A stretch of 63,376 bases of DNA, counting the filler, from Octopus bimaculoides (taxonomy: Eukaryota), in assembly GCF_001194135.2 (NCBI RefSeq). It is 5 parts of 5 records of this genome, joined end to end, with 100 filler letters (N's around TTAATTAATTAA, not from the genome) between each part and the next. Parts side by side here need not be neighbours in the genome. Positions count along the whole stretch, not along the records: positions 36,124 to 58,790 come from NC_069004.1; positions 58,891 to 63,376 come from NC_068985.1; 3 more parts are not named here. One strand, given 5' to 3'. The notes beneath the pieces are model-generated. The model saw only the letters and a program-made list of their open reading frames with translations. It did not search any database and was not told the origin of the DNA. Shown one piece after another: positions 55,663-63,376 of this stretch. Positions within the stretch are counted from its first letter, which is position 1. The number at the start of each line of letters is the position of its first letter. The translations under genes were made by a program, and so were the position numbers.

Positions 55663-55865
55663 GGCGGCGAGCTGGCAGAATTGTTAGCACGTCGGACGAA
55701 ATGCTCGATACGTTCTGAGTTCAAATGCCGCCAAGGACGACTTTGCCTTTCATTGTTTCGGGGTTCAATACATTAAGTACTAGTTACGCACTGGAGTCAA
55801 TGTAATCAATAAATTAAGTACCAGTTACGTACTGGGGTCGACTTATCCCCTCTCCCAAAACTGTT
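55663..55865 (+). mobile_element. Family-A SINE with internal duplication, next to a (CTA)n(TTA)n tract
   Basis: The attaagtac.agttacg.actgg.gtc segment occurs twice. Confidence 0.85.
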
Positions 55866-56309
55866 GCTCTTTGAAAATATTATTATAAATTATTATTATT
55901 GTATTTATTATTATTTTTTATCAACTTGCTCTTTGTTTTTTTTTTTTACTGAAACCGCTTATCATTTATGTTTCTCTTGGCTCAAGATTATAATTCTTAC
56001 AAAAACTTATTGTTATTACATTCCTATTGATTGCTATGTGCAGTATACTTTCGGTGTCTGCTGCATGTGCGCGTGTGTGTGTATATNNNNNNNNNNNNNN
56101 NNNNNNNNNNNNNNNNNNNNNNNNNNNNNNNNNNNNNNNNNNNNNNNNNNNNNNNNNNNNNNNNNNNNNNNNNNNNNNNNNNNNNNATGTACATGCATAT
56201 ATTTAATCAAGCTACATTATATATATATACACACACATACATATATTTAATCAATCTACATAATATATGTATATATATGTGTGTATATACATATGTGTGT
56301 ATATATACA

Positions 56310-56376
<67 letters not shown>

Positions 56377-56745
56377 TTATATGCATATATCTTTGCATTA
56401 TATATCGGACGCACTTACAAATGCCACACTTACGCACATACACACACATCTTTGTACTTCCTATTATTGTTGTAGTTGTTATTGTAGCTGCTGTAATCAT
56501 TTGTCTTGTTATTGTTGGTCCCCTTTATTTCCTCCTTTATATTTATAGTCTTCTTGTTGTTGTTTTTGCCGATGTTGTTGGTGTTGTTGTTGTTGCATAA
56601 TTTTCCATAAACGCTTGTTGAAGAAGTGAGAATGAATGGTGTTTGGAAACCCCTTTCGACGTGGACAATTAATAAACACATGTAAATGTTTGTAGCTGCA
56701 AGTTTAAATGCTACAAAGAAACCGAAAATAATAACAACAACATTG

Positions 56746-56782
<37 letters not shown>

Positions 56783-57029
56783 TAATGATAATAAGAAGAA
56801 TTGAAGGAGGAACTATACTAATAGCAAAACAGCTACAACAACAAGAACAATAATAATAATAATCATAATAATAATAATAATAATAATAATGCATAATGAG
56901 AGGGAGAAAGAAATAACATAGGACCGGAGTCGATGGTTTCTTACAAGTGAGATCGAACATCAATAATCATTAATATAAATGATGATATCATATGATATAT
57001 TAGGATACAGCTATCTACAATGCATACGC

Positions 57030-57060
<31 letters not shown>

Positions 57061-57799
57061 NNNNNNNNNNNNNNNNNNNNNNNNNNNNNNNNNNNNNNNN
57101 NNNNNNNNNNNNNNNNNNNNNNNNNNNNNNNNNNNNNNNNNNNNNNNNNNNNNNNNNNNNNNNNNNNNNNNNNNNNNNNNNNNNNNNNNNNNNNNNNNNN
57201 NNNNNNNNNNNNNNNNNNNNNNNNNNNNNNNNNNNNNNNNNNNNNNNNNNNNNNNNNNNNNNNNNNNNNNNNNNNNNNNNNNNNNNNNNNNNNNNNNNNN
57301 NNNNNNNNNNNNNNNNNNNNNNNNNNNNNNNNNNNNNNNNNNNNNNNNNNNNNNNNNNNNNNNNNNNNNNNNNNNNNNNNNNNNNNNNNNNNNNNNNNNN
57401 NNNNNNNNNNNNNNNNNNNNNNNNNNNNNNNNNNNNNNNNNNNNNNNNNNNNNNNNNNNNNNNNNNNNNNNNNNNNNNNNNNNNNNNNNNNNNNNNNNNN
57501 NNNNNNNNNNNNNNNNNNNNNNNNNNNNNNNNNNNNNNNNNNNNNNNNNNNNNNNNNNNNNNNNNNNNNNNNNNNNNNNNNNNNNNNNNNNNNNNNNNNN
57601 NNNNNNNNNNNNNNNNNNNNNNNNNNNNNNNNNNNNNNNNNNNNNNNNNNNNNNNNNNNNNNNNNNNNNNNNNNNNNNNNNNNNNNNNNNNNNNNNNNNN
57701 NNNNNNNNNNNNNNNNNNNNNNNNNNNNNNNNNNNNNNNNNNNNNNNNNNNNNNNNNNNNNNNNNNNATACATATATATATATAGACACATATATGTAT

Positions 57800-57846
<47 letters not shown>

Positions 57847-57926
57847 TATATATATACACTCATACATACAAATACGCATTTATAGAGTCTAATCTTTTCA
57901 TGTTCTCTATTTCTCTTCCGATCTTC

Positions 57927-57977
<51 letters not shown>

Positions 57978-58337
57978 GTTGAAGATCAAAACAAGCCATT
58001 CTTGTAATTCCTAGCTAAACTCTATAATCAGGCTAAAAATCTATCCAAAATCTAACCGTGGTTCAGAACTGGGCGACTACCACTGGTTTGGGTTCGGATC
58101 AACCTCGTCCAAACAACCATTTTTTTTAAAGGATTTTTTTCAGCTCAAAACTTTTAAAATTTGACTATTTTTGAAACAAAATCATTGCAGCCCTTAACAT
58201 CAGAGATTTCCTGAGACGTTGGTAAATACCCTGACTGGAGAAAAACTGTTCTTGAGTTCGGTTATACGAGTGAGGTATGTCTTTCGAGTGCTAATTTCTC
58301 GTCCGTGATCGCAGGTCCTGTAGATTATTGCAGAGCT

Positions 58338-58500
58338 GGTTAACCCTTCGTTAGTCACATGGGGTGTCTTGTCACCCCAGTTTTCTTTTGCAGATGGTGT
58401 GATGAAAACTGACTCCACTCGCAAAATATTATATGCTTTTTCCAGCCACAAACCGTCTCTGATCTCGAAAAAGGAGAAATATGTTTTATTAAATCTCTGA
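58338..58500. mobile_element. Probable piggyBac-type terminus
   Basis: TTAA-cccttcg..ggggtgtcttgtcacccc is a typical piggyBac end motif. The partner end was not found. Confidence 0.4.
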
Positions 58501-58890
58501 TCGAGATATAAACAGTAGCTGGTGATTAGCACACACTGAGTACGTGTGTAGCACGTAAGGTTAGAGTCCGTGTGCATCACGTAAGGCTAGAGATGGGAGC
58601 GATGACCTCCCCTCGCAAATACTAATCGGACTCAGAATGTGTGTCGTTAGCCAGCTGGAAGAGATGTTTTCCTGGGGCTATAAACGTCAGTAGCACTGTC
58701 CTGTATAGGACGCCACACTTCGTCGGCAATTATATGTTACGATTTCGTATTGCTACTATTTATATCTCACTCAGAGATTTAATATTGCCTNNNNNNNNNN
58801 NNNNNNNNNNNNNNNNNNNNNNNNNNNNNNNNNNTTAATTAATTAANNNNNNNNNNNNNNNNNNNNNNNNNNNNNNNNNNNNNNNNNNNN

Positions 58891-58939
<49 letters not shown>

Positions 58940-59696
58940 TGTGTGTGTGAGAGAGAGAGTGAGAGAGCGTGTGTTTAAGTGCGCAAGCAAGTCGCGTAGT
59001 AAAGGAAATATGCGAGCGCTTGTACAAAAATAAGCAAATTGATGTAGAAACAGCAGAAAGGAAAGAGAAAGGGAAAGAGAGCGTCGATAGAAATGAGTAT
59101 ATTGTAGAATATATTAGATTCAGCAGGCGAGCAGATAGAGTAAGGGGAGGGCGGAGATGTGGTCCCTGCAAAAATTGAGTCTGTCAACTGCTTTTGATTC
59201 CCTATTGTCTTTACCTCCCTTCACTGATATTGTAAATATATATCCTTGTGTGATTTATGAAGGTCACAACTCTGACCCATGTCCCCATCCTCGCCCTTTC
59301 CATTTAGGAGAGACCATGACCCACTGATGGATACATTGATTCTAAAAGTAATTCTCATTTATTTACTGCCGTTGTACATAAATATTTGTTGTTATTTATA
59401 AGCAAATTATAAACAAATTTATAATTATTGCTTAGCTTTCATCTTAAGACGTTTTCCATTCACTCTACAACATTTCATTTCTTCCCCTGCAATTTACCAT
59501 TTTCTACAACCAATCCTCTTGTTCCGCCACATTCTCCTCACATTTTCACAATTTTAAATACTTTTCCTCTTGTTTTCAAAATCACTTTCTTTCCCCATTT
59601 CCCTCTCCGCCACCTACTTTTTCAACACCCACTGTACTATTTTCTATTATATTTCTTTTTTTTCGATTCATTCACGTGATTTACTTCATTCTGTTA

Positions 59697-59728
<32 letters not shown>

Positions 59729-60244
59729 GTCAATTCTTTATTGGTGGGGGCGGCGTTCCTATTTTATCTTCTGTTTTCTTTGTTGCTATTTTTCAATCAT
59801 CCTCCCCCTCCCACTCACCTTCATCTATTTTCTCTGAGATATTAAAAAAAGGACACACCCTAGAGATATTGCATTTAAGCTGCCCTCGTTATCTACATTG
59901 TCCTTTATAATAAAAGAACCAACTTAAGAGAATAAGTGGCGCTAATCACAGATGAGGCATCTTGTATAACTAATATTTTCATGGCAAATGAAGAGTGAAG
60001 ATCAATGTTAGAAACTCTGTAAACGGATGACAGAGAGAGATATGAAACAAAGCAATTCATAATTAGTGGAAAGATGATGGAAAGTGTATATATCACAGAT
60101 GGGAATATGGCAAAACAACAATTATTGTACACACAAATAAACACACATACACATATTCATACGTACGTACATACATACATACATACATACATACATNNNN
60201 NNNNNNNNNNNNNNNNNNNNNNNNNNNNNNNNNNNNNTATATAT

Positions 60245-60630
60245 ATATTTGCAATTTCGGCTGGTTATTCTTGATATTGCTCCAATCTGGCCAGCCCCCA
60301 AGGAAAAACTAAGCTAAGAGCATTAGATTCCTTGGAAGAAAGCAGCGAATGTATACAAAAAAAGGGCGGAAAAAAATTAACAATGTTACACAAATACAAT
60401 AAAAATAATAACAGGACCATACATACATACATACATACATACATACATACATACATACATACATTAGATATGGACCGCTGAAATCTGCTTTTCTCTTTTT
60501 CCTTTCTGCTGAAGAGCATAGGCACGAAACGTAAAAGACTTTTTCATTTTCCGGAGCGTCAAACTATTACACTAGCTTGTTGTTCATACACCTGTCTTAG
60601 TCCTTTGTTTTTCTATAAATTTCAACTGTA
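60245..60630 (+). mobile_element. Penelope-like terminal repeat remnant with hammerhead-like motif at 60502-60537
   Basis: cttt CTGCTGAA gagc-atag-gcac GAAA C GTA aaag. The downstream gacttt..cc.gagcgtca.acta.ta..ttgtt.tt.a.acac matches 23578-23640. Confidence 0.62.
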
Positions 60631-60696
60631 TATGTGTGCGTGTGTGTGTGTTTCTGTCTGTCTGTCTGTCTGTCTGTCTGTATGTATGTATGTATG

Positions 60697-60727
<31 letters not shown>

Positions 60728-61108
60728 ATAATTGTCACTGAACCTGACTAGGGTGTTATAGCCACTTACATTGCTAGAAATAAGAGTTAAAATGCTCTAA
60801 TGCTGTAGTCAACGAACATGAATGTAAACATATACACTAACAGGGCCCTTAATCGTCCGAAAAGTGCCGATCGAGAATTCTTAACACTGACGTCAGTTTC
60901 GATAATTTCCGTTGTCTCATCAGTTGAGACTGACTCGAAAGTTCGGCTTTTTTCGAACTTGCTTCTCGGTATTTTTCGGTCAATTATGCTCCCTGTTAGT
61001 GTATATGTTTACATTCATATGCATTTACTACAGCATTAGAGTATTTTAGTTCTTCTTTCTAGCAATGTAGGTGTTTCTAACACCCTAGTCACATTTAGCG
61101 ACAATTAT
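60728..61108. mobile_element. Foldback element with ~143-bp inverted arms and a ~95-bp core
   Basis: Left arm 60728-~60870 (ataattgtc..tgactagggtgtta..acattgctagaaa..ctctaatgctgtagt..atgaatgtaaacatatacactaacaggg..ccgaaaagtgccga) is the imperfect reverse complement of ~60966-61108. Confidence 0.9.
60879..60929 (-). ncRNA. Type-I hammerhead-like motif with 12-nt palindromic stem III
   Basis: tctcaa CTGATGA gacaa-cggaaa-ttatc GAA ACTGACGTCAGT G ttaaga. Stem I is 5/6, stem II is 4/5, and position 17 is G (non-cleavable). Confidence 0.75.
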
Positions 61109-61448
61109 TATTCTCCTTTTTGGAGAAAGATTGCAAACTGCTGTTTTTATTAATTATATATATACTAGCTGACCCAGTGCTGTCAAAAATGACGCCTAAT
61201 TGTAGTATTTTATATATAAAAAGGGTTACAAGAATGTGAAAAAAATCAAACAATGCTTCAACTCTGTGTGAGTATGTGTGTATGTGAGTATGTGTGTGCG
61301 CGTGCTGGCGTGTGTGCGTGTGCGTACGAGTGTGCGCGCGCGTGTGCGAGCAACTGTGCATATGTATACATTTATATGTATGAGTAGCACAGTCTGTAGC
61401 GAACGCAGTGTTCTATACTTTGTCACAGCCCGCTTCCTTTTTGTGTCT

Positions 61449-61492
<44 letters not shown>

Positions 61493-61899
61493 ATGTGTGT
61501 GGGGGNNNNNNNNNNCTATTTTCTATGTATCTTTCTAAATAAACATACACAAACACACACACATACACACACACACATACACACACACACATACACACAC
61601 ACACACAAACATTCACATCGTCCCTTTTACACGCACAGACATATATTCAGACAAAGTTGAAGCGCTGATTGATTTTTGTTTCACCGTTGACGTTTCATCA
61701 CCCTACTTCCTTTCTCATTCATATGTTGTTATAGTAGATTATTATTGTAGAAGATACACGACGCGCTCTTTGCGACTTCCTTTCTCTCATTGTTATTACT
61801 TTCCCTCACTCGGTCATATATATATATATATATATATATAATACAAAGAATATATATACATGTATACACACATATATGTACATACTTACATCTACATGT

Positions 61900-62084
61900 G
61901 TATATACATGCATATCAGGGTACAGGACGTTAGAACAATAAACTACAGACAACGGAACGAACACATAGGAAAACGGAAAGCCCCTTGGAATATCCCTTCA
62001 TCAGCTGTCTCTATTCTATCTAGACGTTTCGAAGACCAGACAGGACGTACTCTAGAATAGTCTCTTCCTGAGTAGTGGATCAAC
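61900..62084 (-). mobile_element. Penelope-like terminal region with degenerate hammerhead remnants
   Basis: Minus strand reads cta-CTCAGGAA-gagac...gtcttc-GAAA-C-GTC-tag, followed ~20 nt later by CTGATGAAgggatattcc. Confidence 0.45.
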
Positions 62085-62649
62085 NNNNNNNNNNNNNNNN
62101 NNNNNNNNNNNNNNNNNNNNNNNNNNNNNNNNNNNNNNNNNNNNNNNNNNNNNNNNNNNNNNNNNNNNNNNNNNNNNNNNNNNNNNNNNNNNNNNNNNNN
62201 NNNNNNNNNNNNNNNNNNNNNNNNNNNNNNNNNNNNNNNNNNNNNAGGTCACACCAGAGCAGAGAGGATGGTGGAGGGAGGAATGGAACAAGGAGGAAGG
62301 GACAGAAGCAGTGAAGTAGAGGCCAGGACAGAAGGGTAGATAGGAAGATAGAGGAAGACAGATAGATAAATAGATAGAGAGGATGGTGGAGGGAGGAAGT
62401 GGAACAAGGAGGAAGGGACAGAAGGGTATAGCAGTGAAGTAGAGGCCAGGACAGAGGTATAGATAGAAAGATGGAGGAAGACAGATAGATAAATAGATAG
62501 AAAGATAGATAGATAGATAGATAGACAGATGTGCGTACATAAATCAGAGAATATAGGTACTAGATTATTTTAATACTTCATTGACAATCGTTTTATCGTT
62601 GTTCAATATAATTTATTTTGCGTTAAACTGTAATAAACTGTAACCTTGT

Positions 62650-63230
62650 CAGTAAATGTACTATGTAGGATTTCTTTTGTAACACATGTTGAACATGATT
62701 CCTCAGAACCTAATGAGTTTTTCAATGGCTCAATCTCCATCAACGATCATTTGGTTACTAATGGAAGCCCTCATACCGTTCTGGTGATGGTATTTTTCCG
62801 ACTCCAGTGTTGTTATTGCCCCTGATAAGGATTACTACTGGTGCCGACTGTATTTTAGCTAGTTAAATTTTTTAAGTTAATTTTGTCTTTATCATTCTGT
62901 TAAGGGTTTTTATCTCTCGCGGAAACCTGCAACAATTTTTTGTGATGCGCTGTGCTGGGATGTTGTTTACACATATACATGAAAGTGTCCTCAAATACTT
63001 ACCAAGTCACTTTTATTTCGAAGCGATAGTGAGTGAAGGATCAGTCAACGAGTGATAGGGCCTGTACAATTGTACATCATGTTGAGTCCATGATGTCAAA
63101 TGGGTGTAGTGTGGCCAGCGATTTTAGGCTAAGTTTCAAATATTATGAAAATGAGATTACAAAATATGACATACGGGAGAGGGCTTTTTCAAACTGTGGT
63201 ATTATGAATAGTGATAATGTGGTTCCTTAA
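62650..63230 (-). mobile_element. Possible decayed Penelope-like RT N-terminal fragment
   Basis: Weak minus-strand motifs SLRNKSDLV and KYHHQNGMRASISNQ (cf. KIHKPxxPMRPIIS). Same orientation as the terminal remnant at 61900-62084. Confidence 0.3.
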
Positions 63231-63376
63231 AACTAGCTCCTAAACAATTTACAAACACACATACTGCAATAAACACACTCATATTCACACATATATATAT
63301 TTATGTATATGCATATATGTGTATGCGTGAGTGTGTATACTATATATGTATGTATATGTATACATATATATATATA

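Noticed and set aside
54286-57892. Long ORFs of 268-415 aa
   Set aside because: They run through N gaps and (TA)n tracts. Only the maT fragment before 54536 is real coding-derived sequence.
58394-58498. Strong acceptor ttttcttttgcAG followed by a short open frame (GVMKTDSTRKILYAF...*)
   Set aside because: It lies just inside a probable piggyBac terminus and the peptide is unrecognised. It cannot be assigned as the PAN gene's last exon without RNA data.

Overview
This is repeat-rich eukaryotic genomic DNA from a gapped draft assembly. The SINE families, the density of (TA)n/(CA)n/(GATA)n microsatellites and the gap style point to an Octopus (coleoid cephalopod) genome; this is inference, not a database result. 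The only host coding sequence I can support is two phase-1/phase-1 exons on the + strand (133-360, 1128-1361), each encoding a 4-Cys PAN/Apple domain. I found no further exon in the remaining ~62 kb. The rest is transposon debris: an R4/Dong-clade retrotransposon, RTE LINEs, three tRNA-derived SINE families (labelled A, B, C here), hAT, piggyBac and foldback MITEs, mariner and maT transposase fossils, a Helentron-type HINE, and Penelope-like remnants. The most notable signal is a set of at least six type-I hammerhead-ribozyme-like motifs in different architectures. These include a divergent pair (51969-52066) and one in the loop of a ~140-bp-armed foldback element (60728-61108). Nearly all long ORFs in the supplied track are microsatellite or N-gap artefacts. 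Boundaries of degenerate repeats are approximate.
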